From NCBI GenBank assembly GCA_032718475.1, contig JAUCBJ010004537.1:93172-157171 (forward strand): a DNA stretch of 64,000 nucleotides, in the 5' to 3' direction. Shown here one piece after another: positions 24,632 to 38,228 of the stretch. The position numbers and the translations under genes were made by a program. The notes below the pieces were generated by a model. It was not told where the DNA came from, made no database searches, and worked only from the letters and a program-made list of their open reading frames with translations. The DNA is from Nemertoderma westbladi. Taxonomy: Eukaryota; Animalia; Xenacoelomorpha. Numbering within the stretch: the stretch's first letter is position 1; each line of letters starts with the position of its first letter.

Positions 24632-26486
24632 GGGGTAGACGACTCGGAAATTTTTTTTCGAGTTTTCGTTGGTTTCATGTGGAAGAGCATGTGAAAAAAC
24701 CCCAGAGAGCAATTTTACTTCAAAAAAAATAATATTGGCAGAGTTATAGCAATTTTAAAACGCAAAATTAGCAACATCGAAAAATCAGGCCGTTTCAGAA
24801 AACTGCACGAGTGACGTCAGCCATAACACAGCAACAGTTGCCAAGCGCAGTTGATTGGCTAATATAAAGTATAATATTGCAGTATCTAAAATAAAACAAA
24901 TGATAAATGTAGCTAAGTATTTATTTAGATGTGTATTTGTGTTGTGTTAAGAATCGATTATAGGATAACGGTATGGAGGCAAATTATTCATATCAAGTTA
25001 ATTATTCCCGAATAATATTTATTTCGCCCATACCTGTATCGTAGAGCTGTATGTAGCTAAAAATAAATATAGCTAGCTAAATACTGCCAGGCGTTTCATT
25101 AATCTATTTTCTAATTGTTTTTACAGCGAACAATGCGGGATGGGTAGATTAGCATTAGATGGAAATTATTTAGATTTTTTGTCAGTTCACTGTAAAGTGT
25201 TACTGGTACTAGTGTTGCACGTGTAACCATTATTCTGCCTTTCATAATAGCTGTTATTGGTTTGACATCCAAAAATATCAAAATACCAAAAAATACCAAA
25301 ACATAATGTTTTGGGCTATTGGTTTATGTTCTTGACATATTTTGGCTAGTTACATGTGAAAAAAAAAATGTTTTAAAGAAAATAAAAACTAATGTTTGTG
25401 ATAGCTAGTGTTTTCAATGGTATGTACTGTTTTAATATTGTAGCTAGTGTTTTTATAAAATACCACAAAATCTTATTTTTTGATGCCATTTCAGATGCCA
25501 TTACACCAACGCACGTGGTAGAAGTAAAATGTCCAACATCAAAACATGCCATTCAAAAATCTTATCTTACACAATCGAATATCGTAAGCGCTAAATTCAT
25601 GTCACAAATCCAACTTCAAATGCATCTTTGCAATAAACAATGGGCCTTGATTAGCGTAGCAGATCCATCTTTTGAAATAAATGGCGAAGTGAAAATAGTT
25701 GAAGTATCATATGATTTCATATACATGCAAAGTTTACTGAAAAGTAGTAGTAGCTTCTACAAGAAATATATATTTCCCAAAATTGTGAAAAAATAGATAA
25801 TTAAAAAATGTAAATTATAGTTATAGTTCAACTAAATTCTGATTAATGCTGATTGTATTGAGATGGCAGCTGAAGATACTACGTCATCCATTACAGCTAC
25901 ATGGACTAACTATCAATGCTTTTTGGAATTCAATAATTTAACTTGTATAAAAATAATTACAATCGAAAAAGTGCGAATCCACAATCCGTATCCGAATCCG
26001 TAATCTAAGTTTTGAAGCTGAATAAAACATCAATAAGCTACTGGATTTCTACCACCTGGCAGTTTTAGCTACAAAATATGTTTTATTTTTATAGCTAACA
26101 ACTGTATAGTTTGGGAAAAATAATTATTATTCTGGAATAATTAACTTGTCATGAATCAATTTCCACATTAAGATATCAAATAATGTATTCTTAACACAAC
26201 ACAAAAACACACTACATAAATATTAGCTACACAATTTATTTTAGTTACTAAGAGATTTATATTGTATAGTAACCAATGAACATTTACTGCTGCACTAGTG
26301 ACGTCACTAGTGCAGTTTTCTGAAACGGCCTGATTTTTCGATGTTGCTAATTTTGCGTTTTAAAATTGCTATAACTCGGCCAATATTAATTTTTTTTAAG
26401 TAAAATTGCTCTCTGGGGTTTTTTCACATGCTCTTTCACATGAAACCAACGAAAACTCGAAAAACATTTTCCGAGTCGTCTACCCC
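24632..26486. mobile_element. ISL2EU-like DNA transposon internal-deletion derivative
   Basis: ~190-bp near-perfect TIR (GGGGTAGACGACTCGGAAA...GTGACGTCA) extending degenerately to ~400 bp; AT TSD (24630-24631, 26487-26488); contains a YqaJ exon and a convergent transposase C-terminal remnant. Confidence 0.8.
25495..25796 (+). pseudogene. YqaJ/lambda-exonuclease-like terminal exon of the ISL2EU-like element
   Basis: After acceptor tttcag: DAITPTHVVEVKCP...KFMSQIQLQMHLCNKQWALISVA...VSYD...FYKKYIFPKI, i.e. (S/P)D...EVKCP and YxQxQxQM motifs; upstream exons absent. Confidence 0.75.
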
Positions 26487-27316
26487 ATTAAGTCTTACAT
26501 ATTTTGGATCCTTGCAAGGCCAGCTTTCTAACAGTACCAACAAATCACTATAAGGTTGAAGAATAATTGTGGTGGTAAGTGGTGTAACTGGTGCAATATC
26601 GACGGAGACACTTTTTTCAAACGCTTGTAACTAAGGAATGAACGCCAAAATAAAAATTCTGGCTCACCCACGGAGGAGGAGGGAGGTGAAACTGTCTCTG
26701 ATTCAAATTTCATTAAGATTTGTAGAAAAATTGGGAAGGGGAGGGGATGGGATACGTTTCACTGAATATAGACACTATTACGGGAGATGGTGTACGTGCA
26801 CTGTAGGTTGGCTACATGGTTGACAGTTGTAGCGTGACTCGGTGAGTTAATAAAGCTAACGTAATTGTATAAAAGTATCAAAAGTGTGTTATATTAGTCG
26901 CCGTTGTCCTTCTATACCTGTGATACGTCGTGGATTTTGGCAAAGCTCACTGTAGCCGACGAGGTACTATGTTATGGCGTCATATCATATAGTTATTGAG
27001 TTGTTTAACATTAATATATTAATAAACTTGGAACCATTACAAACAAACTTCAATGTTTGTGATCATTTTAATAGATTTTACTGTAGTTATGAAATATTTT
27101 TGATAGACCGTAATTATTAAAGGCCACATTTTTAGGCCTGTTTTGGATTTCGAATCTTTTTCTCTTTTTTTTCCCAGATGTCATTTGGAATCTAGAATTC
27201 TAATTGAATAATTAATATTTACTACGAGGTGAATAAAACTGTACTTTACGACTTTATCTCTCGTTTTAATGTAACATTTACATCGTCAAATATTTTATTT
27301 ACGGATATTATAAAGT

Positions 27317-30064
27317 ATGGCAGACACTATTGATTGGCAGGGGGCCGAAAAGGTTTATTACAAGATCGTAAACACCGGCATCAGAACCTTTGTGTTATCA
27401 CCTCACACCCGTCATGGAGTTCAAGTTAAAACGGCAGCGAGACCAATCCATTATACCTTAAACAGCGGGTTCAACAATACAGGTTAGTAACGTTTGGGAA
27501 AAGTCAGATTAATATAGTCGTTGTATTTAGGATATAAATTATCGTTATTAATTTAATTTACGCCAAATTTAGATTCGGCCTAAACTAAGGTTTGTTAGTT
27601 TATAAAAAAACCTTCGTCGCTGTTCATCCCAAATAATTGTAAGATTTAGAAAAATACCCCCTTAATACAATCATAAAACCAACTATTTGTCTCAGGTTTG
27701 ATTGAACAAAACACATTCCAGGCCGTTGTCCCCGCAACCGGTGGAACTGCTACACGCGGTAGTCATGGAAACATGCCACTACTTGGCAGGGTTAGTTAAG
27801 CCATACAACTATATTTTCTCAAATTAAATTGAAATAAATAACCGTAAAATAAAGTAATTATTTTGCTCACAAATTTTGTTAAATTCGAACAATAGTTTCT
27901 ATAAAACTAATTCGAGAAATTGAAAAATGTAGTTCACCCAGATATTCTGCCTTTGTATGATTGCGTTTTCGTTGAATTTTAGTACCGGTATAAAAATAAA
28001 TCAATGAAATTTTTCAATCAATAAGAGTGTTTTGAATGGGTCGGGCTGGTTATAGGATAAACTTGGCAGTTGTATAACCAGAATAATTCATGAAATTGCA
28101 CTGTAACACAATTGAAATTCCCGCCTAAACATGAAGTTTACTTTTTGAGATGTAATTATTTTATAAGTCGGACGATCAAAGTAGGTCTACATCCTCCTGT
28201 AACAAACATTTATTTATTTACCCTTAGCTTCCAACAGATGATGCCAATATAACATCAGCTGTAAACAAACAAGCATTTAGTGTTCAGCCAACCAAAGTAG
28301 TTAGTCTACCAAAGGTTAATCATCTGACGCCGGCGGCAGAATTTATCAGTTCGCTGAGTAAACATCGGGCTGTCCGCAGCGTCCTGACGACTAACGAAAA
28401 ACTATTGGTAAGTTAACTAATTATTATCCTTCGCTACTAAGGGCTAACATATAACTTTTTTTAGATAACTGCGAATGCGTTAGACACTTAATTAATATCG
28501 TAAATAAACCATGTCACGTGCGTTCTGCATGCGGGGGGGGGGGGGGGGGGGGGGGGTTACTGTAATAAACAATGGTAAGATCCCATTACAGTTATATTAA
28601 TACATAGAGGTTTTTTTTAAATATATTTCAGGCATCATTCCCTCCTCACATAAAATCCAACGAATGGCCTCCGCCTGCTAAGAGTAGACAACATCTACGG
28701 TACGAGAATGGGGAGGAATTAAAGAGAAAGGCGAGGTTCCTAAAGCAAGCATCTCAGGTATGAGTTAGTTTAGTCTAGAGCAGTGTTCAAGTTACTATTA
28801 AATTTGTTCTAGAACGAAAACCCAAGGTACTACTTAATTTGTTCTAGAATAAGTACCCAAGGTACTACTTAAATTTGTTCTAGAATAAGGACTCAAGGTG
28901 GCATTTAATTTAGTCTGGAACAAGTATCCAAGGTAAGATTTTATTAATTCTAGAACAAGTACCAAAGGTAAGATTTAATGTCGAGTATCTTTTATCTTTT
29001 AGGTTAACGCTAATCCTCACCGGATTGACCGGTTATATTACCTAAAGGCCAGTAACGTTAACATGCGGGATCGCAGTGAGATAGTTGCTGAGAGACTAAA
29101 TCGGATGCGAATTCTAGAACGACATCGATACGGTGTTTACTCGCAAGAGGGCGAAGCAACGTAAGTAGGTTCCCTGATTGTGTTTCTTAAGCTCCTGTAT
29201 GGTTGCTAAGATGCAGTAGGCCTACAGAATGGAAACGTGCGAACTCTGGGAGACAGGTAAAGCTTGTTCTGTAGGATTTTAACTTTGAGTTTGGGAGGGC
29301 AGGGGTGGGGGTATGCGCGAATTATAAAATAATAATAAAAAGGGTTATAAATAGTTTATTTATTTTATATAATTTAATTTATTGGTAAATTCTTACCGCT
29401 GGTAAATGATAATAATCCTTTATCACAAAATTAATAAACTACATTTTATATAGAGACAATAAAGATACATTGGCTATCACTGATCAACCAGCGGTCACAA
29501 AAACTGTCGAAGGTAACGATGGCGATCGAATGGAGAAGGGGGTGGAAGGTTCCAGAAAGAAGGACAATGAACAGGAACGTGTAGTGACTCAAGGGTTGGT
29601 TTGCCGCATCGCCGCATTTTTAATCACTTATGACACTTATCACTAGGTCTACATATCGAATGTAGATCTAGATTGTTTTGAATTTAATTTTACCTTTTTC
29701 TTTTCTTAGAGTTTAATATCATATACCGGTACCACTATAATACATGTTAATTACAGTGACGGTGCCATTGTGAATGATACTCTGTGTCTCTGGTAATTCC
29801 GCAGCTTAACACTGTAGGCCTACTAATTCTGTAAGAACATGGAAACTACAAATTTATTCCTGTTCGTTATTCTCCAAATACGTTTTTATACGACAATTTT
29901 TTTATACAGTAATTAAAATGTATTAATCGTATTTCAGAACATTTCTCACTGAGACTGAAGATATTGGTGAACTTCCCGAACCAATCGATGAAGTTGTTAA
30001 CAATGAAGTGGAAGGCAGTGTTGATAGCCTTGAATCCGAGCCGCGGGAGGACAACAGCACGTGA
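27317..30064 (+). CDS. Uncharacterised 7-exon gene, ~330 aa
   Basis: Exons 27317-27482, 27696-27790, 28228-28407, 28632-28757, 29003-29160, 29454-29594, 29938-30064; all introns GT-AG; phases 1,0,0,0,2,2 join into one 993-nt ORF MADTIDWQGAEKVYYKIV...GTFLTETEDIGE...EDNST*. Confidence 0.75.
28787..28978. repeat. Degenerate ~36-37-bp intronic tandem repeat, about 5 copies
   Basis: caaggtactacttaaatttgttctagaataagtacc-like units in intron 4 of the uncharacterised gene. Confidence 0.65.
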
Positions 30065-31963
30065 CACAACGCTGTCTGGAACGCGGAAACGATTATGTTC
30101 AACTTTGACTACATCAAATTCTTAATAACAGAGAATTACACTACAGACACTTATTATGTATTACAAATTAGAGCAATAATTTTATTTGTCAACTAACAAT
30201 TGTTATATTTCGTAAGAAACATCTGGCGGCATTAAATGTGGTCGGCTCGTGTTGGCCTCTTATTGAGTTTATTGATTTGGTAGGGAGAAGTCGTTGACCT
30301 GTAGCTGTTAATCGGATCCGTTAAGGGGTTGCAGGGTGATACTTGGGTGGGTGTTTACCGTTTAGGGGGTTATAGTTAGTTTAGAGGGAGTTAGTTGGGG
30401 ATTTTGGTTTAGGAGATTGTTGGGGCAGTTGTTTTAGCGTTTAGGGATTTAGATTTTACTTTTTGGTTTTTAGTTTAGGTTTTTGTTGGTGGTTTTACGG
30501 AATTAGCTTGGGGAGTTGGTTGTAGGGAGTTCTCTATGTAGTTGCTTCAATATTTACTACACATTATTATACTGTGTAGTATTTAATACACACATATTAT
30601 ACTACACAGTATGTAATATGGGCTGAGTTCCCGTCAATAAACAAATGTAATATTTGTTTGGGGAGATGGTTTGGTGTTGGTTAGGCAGTTACATGTGGGA
30701 GTTTCTATAGAAAAATGTTTTATTATGGCGAGGAGTCGGATTGTGTTTACTTTAAGGATTTATCTTTGAGTATTTATGGAGTTTAAAGTTGGTTGTAGAG
30801 AGTTGATTCGACGGTGAGTCGATTCAAGAAGTTTTTACAGTCAAATGAATCAAAATTAAAAATAAAGAATTTAGTTAATAACCTATATGTATTATATCCA
30901 ATATCTCATACCGTAATCACCTATTATTCTTTGTATTCCCTCCAAGATTTATAATAGTAAACAATAGAGCGCATACTGTATGAGGTCTTAAACGCAGTAA
31001 ACACACTGCTATACGCGAGAACCCATATGTCGTTATCAGCCTGTGAGTCATAGCTAAGGGAGACTACCACACAACAGCTTCAACTAATCAATAGTCAAGC
31101 CGGAATGGAATTGCATTTGCATTCTTCCTATATAAATACAGTCAGGACTGGAATCCCTTTATTACTAAAATAAAATAACAGCTTTCGCCAAATGGGGTTC
31201 TGATGCCATTAAAATAATTGAAATGAAATTATTAATCTGTGATTGATAGCCTACTATGTATTGCATTTTACTCTGTATTTTCGAACAAATTTAAGGCTTA
31301 ATTAGCTTTAGTAACTTTCAAATTACCAATATATTTATTTATGCTTACCTTTATTCTCCCTACCAAGAAATGGCAATGTTATTTTTCTAGATTGACAATG
31401 TTTGTAGATAGGCAACCAATAAAGTTCAACGTTAGGTTTTTTTGGAAAGTATTTTCTACAATATTTATCTTTTAAATTTATTGGTGAATGAAATTTATTT
31501 TATTGTTGGCATTATTTTTATTTATAGTTAAATTAAAATAATTGATCTCAGATGGGCGGTATTAAATAAATTACTGAAATTAAATTGTAAAATAGTTCGC
31601 TAATTTTCACTAAAACAATATTTATAATAACTAGGTACATTTGTGAAAAAGCCCTCGTTAGGTGACAAAACATTTTTAAATAAATCATAATCACAGATAC
31701 AAAATATGATATAAAAAGGGTAATTTTTGAAAGTTATTGTTATATTAATTTTGCTAGGTCGAAAAAATTTTCTATTTTTGCTTATACATACCACAGTAAT
31801 GCCATGCCATAAGACCCTAATAATTATATATTAATAAAGTTAGTACGATGGAATAATTACTAATTACTAACTTAACAAATTAAAAATGTTGATATATATA
31901 CTTAATCATTATACTTAAAACCATTAACAAACTGAAATAGTAGTCGGTCATAACAATAAACTA

Positions 31964-34900
31964 ATGACGTCACCGCAAACATCATGGACTAAAGTATCGC
32001 GAAACGACCGGCGTTCTAGTTGCCGGATCCACCATTACAGCGAGAGCGACCGCGGAACCACGCCGGAACCGCAATCCTTCGCTAATGTCGCGTCCTCCTT
32101 CGAGAACGTGTCAAACGCCGGCGTGAGAATGAAGAAACCCCGGGCCGGTAGCGTGTCGACCGGAGGAGGTCCCAACCGGACCGAGGAAGTAAACCCAAAC
32201 TTCCTGAATCTTCGGGACTTTGTTACCATCAACGTCGGCGGATACATTTACTCAACTACCAACGGGACTCTAATGTCTCGCGATAGCAGACTCAAGAGGA
32301 ACTTCGCACATTGGAGAAGGGACAAGGAAGGTGTTATTATGATTGACAGAAACGGAGAACATTTTGGTGTTGTTCTAGACTACCTTAGAAATGGAGTTAC
32401 TCAGGTAACGAATGGCAATTGGCAATATCATTTTAGTGAATGAAATCTAAGCAAATCAGATTTGTGTCTCCATGTGTCCTTTGTGTTGCGATATTCGGAG
32501 TTTAATATTACTGCCAATACTACATAATACTTCTACTACTAAGTCGAGCGAACTCGGACAGTGGAAATGAGATCCCTCCAGGCCCCCCGACTCTCCATAG
32601 TTGTCGCAATTTCGTTTCTCCCAAGTTCAGTATCCCTTTCAAGTTGATCTATATATGTTATGGCCGGTCGTCCATGACTACGCTTTCCATGAGTTGGTTG
32701 CCAGAAAAGTAGATCTGGTATGACCTCGTCTTTACTTCTCCAGCAGTGCCCTCTGAATCTTAATCTGCGTTCACGGAGGGTGGTTGATACAGGTGGTATT
32801 GTACCATAAAGCTCGGCGTTTGTTATGTGTTGTCTCCAGCTGATGTTTAGGGCTGCCCTTAGTAGTCTTGTGTAGCAACCATCAATTCGTTGTTCAAGTG
32901 ATTTAGTCAGTGTCCAGGTCTCACCCCCGTATAAAAATACACTTTCCACTGTGGCTCGAAATAACTTAGTCTTCAGGTGCCTGGAGAGATCTGATTTCCA
33001 GATGGTATCCATTTTTGATAGAGCTACCCAAGCCTTTGCTTTCCTAACTTCTATGTCCATTTTGCTACTCTATATCCATGATCCAAGGTACTGGAAGTCG
33101 TCAAACTTCCTTAGTTGATTTCTTGATTATAAATTGTTGTTAAGTTTCCTTTAACATTGAAATTCATGAATTCGGTCTTGGTAGCATTTATAGCCAATCC
33201 AACCTTATTAGCCTTATTACTGCCAATAGAATCAGCTAATCGACATACAATAGTATAGAGATACACACAATAGCTAATCGGCATACAATAATATAGAGAT
33301 ACACACAATAATCACTGGATATCCCCACAGATAATGTATTGGGTGGTTGTTGGGTCCTTAGGGGTCGATCTCCCTCGAAACTATTTGAAACAAAATGTTG
33401 TTAACTACCACCAGTCATATTTCTGTACTTTAGGCCCCCTTCACGATGATAGTTCTATTCGCCAAAGGCTTTGCCACTTCGTGTCTCGCCCCACATATAT
33501 CATTAGAAATATATAAAAAAATATTAAAGGAAAACATAATGGGTTGAGCACAACGATTGTCGATAACAATTATATAAGACTTCACCTACCGCAACATTTC
33601 GATAATTTTTTACAGAACCACAGGCAAATTTCAAATAAAATAAACTAGAACGCATCAAAATGGCTTTAAACGAACCTGTCTTACACTGACTCCAAGAAAC
33701 AGATGGGATTAGAAGATGCAAATCAAGAATAACTTGTATCAAACAAACAAACTGCCTCCTGTCTATATAATGTTCAAGCCTCCTATGAAAGTTTGTGAAA
33801 TCTTCCATTGAGTTTACACAACAGCTGTTGGTATGCGGTTTTTCTTATTAGCCTTTTTCTACGTATTAGAATGAACATTTTAATAATTGATTATACATTG
33901 TAGGTTGCTCTTCCAACCGAGGAATTTGGTCTGAGACAATTGAAATCGGAAGCGAGATACTTTCAGTTAGACGAACTACGTGACATTGTAGACAGGAAAC
34001 TGAGAGGAGTGTTTAACTGGAAATGCGAACAAAGGCGAATGATAAGGGAGATTCATCATTTACTAACAAAGGTAGGAAAAAGTATACCACAAAGTAATGT
34101 CAATGAATGCTTGGGGGTCATCCATAAAAGACGTCCGAGCTAGAGGGGGGGGAGGGGGGTCGGCCAAATCCGGACATTTACGGACAGGGGGGGGGGGGGG
34201 GGGGGGGGGGTGTAGCAAAATTCGGACGTCTGTTTTTAAATTTTTTACTGTCAACTTTGCAGCCCATATGGCCAAATGTAGTCTAAACTTAACTTTGGGA
34301 TGGGCACCTAGGGGTAGGCCCCGCATATTTAAAGTGAATGTAAACGTTTCAGTTTCAAGTTTCAGAATCTGGGGAGACGACCAACCTAACCCTTGATGGG
34401 TGTACCTGTACACTGTACGTACAGTATACGTGAAGTTTATCATCTATTACAATAGTTAGCCCGTACCGTAACGCTATATTATACTGGCTAATAAGTAGTT
34501 TCAGTTTGATAATGTACTGGTCAGTACTGCGGTCCCCTATTCTTTACTAGTGCCCACTCCCGGCAGGCCTAAGGCTGCACGATAAATAGGCTACCGGTAC
34601 CGGTAATAACTCCCAGCAATGTCGGAATACAATAAATTTATCGAACTATATAGAAAGTCGCATAGCGAGTTATCTAGAGAGAAGCAATTCCGAAAGGGGC
34701 AAGAAGAATGGAACTTGCTCAAAAAAGATAAAGCGGCCCTGTTGGCCAAGAAATTTCTAAAATTCGGACGTCCGAATAGGGGGGAGGGGGGGGGGGGGGG
34801 GGGGTCAAAAACCGGACATTCGCGGACAGGGGGGAGGGGGGGGGTCCAAAAATTCGGGATTTTCTAGGACGTCTTTTATGGATGACCCCTTGGTGCTATT

Positions 34901-37900
34901 CTCACTCTCACAAAAGACAAAACTAACTGCCCAAACTTAGTGTTTTGATAAGATAGCATGACCGCCTGCCATGAAATCTATATTTATTACCAGGTTTTTT
35001 TGTGAACCAATAAACCAATTTTTTGGGGGTTAATTTAACCCTAGGGATGTTATCATTGTTATATGTTCTAAATAACTGACTAGCTATTCGCACTGTTCTA
35101 AAAGGGTTTGTTTGGGGGAGAATGTATGGATTTCACGTCTATAGATGATAGAGCCGGAATAATGTCGGGTGTATAATATCAAATATATAGTCAGATGAGT
35201 GAACACACAAGTACAAACAATGTAGTGTTGGGCCGTCTGTCTTGCAGTGCGCTCTAATGACTGTATGACCGGTAGTGAGTATACTGACTAGCTAACTACT
35301 ATCTACACGGTAGGTACAGTAGTATCTCCGAGTCTGTGTCAGGGCGAAGTACATGACTCATCGTTAGTCATCCTTACAGTACCGCAGTCACTGAGCATCT
35401 GCGGGTATGGGGCAAGCCATGTAGTGTGGCGAGTTCGTATCACGGCAGAGAAGATATGGAAATACATGGAAATTACTGAAATAATTTTTTTAATAATCTA
35501 CTACTGTAGTATAATATAATATTAAATAAATGTATTAATTTCAACACAGATAACAAAAAGAGCAGTACTGTATAATAATTAATAATGATATATAAGTAGC
35601 TTGAGTTAATTGTGATTGTGTTGCGAGGGGACAGTCTTAATTCTTGTGTGACGATGAAATATATCGATGTTATACGTGTGAAATAAATTTAAATACACAG
35701 CTCAGTATTATGATGCTTGGGTTAATTAATTGTGATTGAGTTGTGAGTATGGGGGGTTTCCCTTCTCTATTTGTTATCAACAAATAATGAATTCTTCGAG
35801 AATGGTTTAAATTATTTTATTGTTGTGGCACATTATTAATTAATAAAACCCGATGTTTAACATTTATCAATGAGAGCAGCACAGAAAATCCAAAAACTTA
35901 AACGATAATTTTTTTAAATAATAGCTAGCAGATTCTAATGTTGTAGAACATAATATATTTTCTGACTAAATATACAGTAGGATGGTATTACAGTGTAAGT
36001 AAATATGGTATTTCAATTAATAATACCAAAATATAAAATGGGGAGGAGTACGGAACCCAGAAATACCCAATTATACTGTATAAACTTAACAATATCGCTA
36101 ACCATCATATTGAGCTAGAATAATACTCGATAGTGTTCTAGAATTTTTTTAGTTACCCCAGTCAATTTACAACTCATAATATTGAAGTATTATACCGATT
36201 TGTAATTGGTCATTGCTGTAACTTAATCGTCCAATGAGCAATTAGCATGCATGATTAGCATGAGTTATTTTACCCTTGGGTTGATAACTTTGATGTTCAC
36301 TGTTTTTTATTTGATTTGTTGCTAAACGACAATACATTTCAATCAGTAAGTAAAATTAATCTAGTATAATATCAAGGTTATTTTACCCTGGTAAAAATAT
36401 CAATGGAGTCTATGGAAGAACAATTTCTTAATGGGTAACAAACTAGAGTTATATACTGTCATATTAATTATTATTGTGTAGTAACCAAGGAACGGTTCTA
36501 TTTACTCCAACATAATAATTAATTAATAACCATGCAATCAATTATACAGTAATACTTACATCAATACATTTATTATTATTGTGCTGTAATTAATTGTACC
36601 ATACGTATTATGTGTTGTACGAATAAAATAAATAAATAATAATAATAATAATAGCCTTAATTGGCTGCGTTGCAGAATTAATATACACAGATAGTATTAT
36701 TATAATCTTATAAAATTACATACCGGTACTAAATTACTGTGATCCGTATTATAACGAACCTGTCTTTAGACTGGGTAGTTTTTGTCTAAAGCTGAGGCCG
36801 GCAAAAACACGATGGATATATTTACCTATATCACTATATACAGTATGTCACTATATCACTCACTATGTATGTTCACCAAATGGCTTGAAACCACTTGCAT
36901 GCATTGTAAAATTGTAAACGCAAGTATTTATCAATTGTTATCTAGTTGTTGAATAAAAAAGTTGGGAACGATTCGAAGTGCGATATTCGAAATATTTGCA
37001 TATTTTCAACATTATTGAACGCGAAATTAAATACCCACAACTCCCTTGCTTGAAATGTTTTTCAGGTGATTGATATTTAGCAATTATTATGAGGTTACTT
37101 ACTACTGAAATCTGACAGAATGCCAAACGTATTATTATAGTTCTATCTCTATTCAGCCAGTTAGTGTAATGTCAAGCAGTACATCATTTATATATCGTAT
37201 GTATCTATAGGGCCTAATTGTCATCGTTATAATACTGTCATCAACTTAGGCTAAGCTCAATTGTAATGCAAAGGCTTAGTAGGTTTTGTATATCTGGGAC
37301 GTTTACAACAGCTGTCGATTAAACTAACAAAACCATAAAACTGAACCAGGGTGGCTGCCAGCCGGGTACCAACGGCTGTTGGGTAGACTTAAGGGAACAT
37401 TTCACAAACTTTCATAGGATGCTTGTACATGTACATTATATTGGTTGCTCCGATGTTTTTATTAGGCTAACTGAGAATGTATCAGGTATAAATACTGTAA
37501 TTATAGTGTTCTTTATTTTATTTATCTAATACAGAAAAGACCCCTCCGCAGAATAAACTGCTCTTTTGGGCCGTTTCTCAGGTTGCGGATATGGATACCA
37601 TTTCACACATCATCGTAGTAATTGTGATTATGATTTGTTTGCCTAGGCGAATGTGTATTACATTAGATGGGAGGCAGTTTTTTGGTTGATGCAAGTCATT
37701 CTTGGTTTGCATCTTCCAATCCCATCTGTTTCTTGGAGTCTGTATAAGACAGGTTCGTTTAAAGCCATCTTGATGGCGTTCTAGTGTCAATATTTAAAAT
37801 AAAATACACACACAATAACAATACGTCACACTTGTTGACCCTAATTGAATCGCTATTGATTCTACATGGGCGTTCAATACAGTTATATTGATTTATTGGT

Positions 37901-38054
37901 TGTTTTACAGGATATACGAGCTGGTCTCGACGAGGAACTGAGAAGGGGCGTCAACGACCAATACATAGACGACGATGACCTCATCGGGTTCGATTTGTCG
38001 GCCAATCCGCCAAACGACTCGTCGTCACATCAACTAAATGCCGTTCATCATTAA
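31964..38054 (+). CDS. BTB/POZ (T1-type, KCTD-family) domain protein, 3 exons, ~250 aa
   Basis: Exons 31964-32404, 33904-34071, 37911-38054 (phase 0, GT-AG); FVTINVGGYIYSTTNGTL...IMIDRNGEHFGVVLDYLRNG|VALP...LKSEARYFQLDEL is a canonical KCTD BTB; AATAAA immediately at the stop. Confidence 0.85.
32520..33214 (-). mobile_element. 5'-truncated RTE-clade LINE in KCTD intron 1
   Basis: KVGLAINATKTEFM...DFQYLGSWI...KLFRATVESVFLYGGETW...RRLRFRGHCWR; TAG-rich tail; 14-bp TSD TATTACTGCCAATA at 32506-32519 and 33215-33228. Confidence 0.85.
34114..34889 (+). mobile_element. Zator-like DNA transposon deletion derivative in KCTD intron 2
   Basis: 23-bp perfect TIR GGGGTCATCCATAAAAGACGTCC / GGACGTCTTTTATGGATGACCCC; 3-bp TSD TTG; truncated ORF MSEYNKFIELYRKSH...QEEWNLLKK at 34619 (putative transposase N-terminus); GGAC/GTCC plus polyG subterminal motifs. 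Confidence 0.7.
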
Positions 38055-38228
38055 TAAATAAAATTACATAATGTTATTCAATAAGCCTTCCTCATTATAT
38101 TAATTATTATCATTAAAGTTCAAGAATTAACTTTTGCGACAAGTGAATATATTCAAACTCTGTTTGATATTCAACCTGGCTGGCGTATTGACCCAAATAC
38201 CATTTCCAGCAACGCCACATACATTGTA

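Noticed and set aside
34063-34443. Poly-Pro / poly-Gly ORFs
   Set aside because: Translations of poly-G tracts in the transposon terminus
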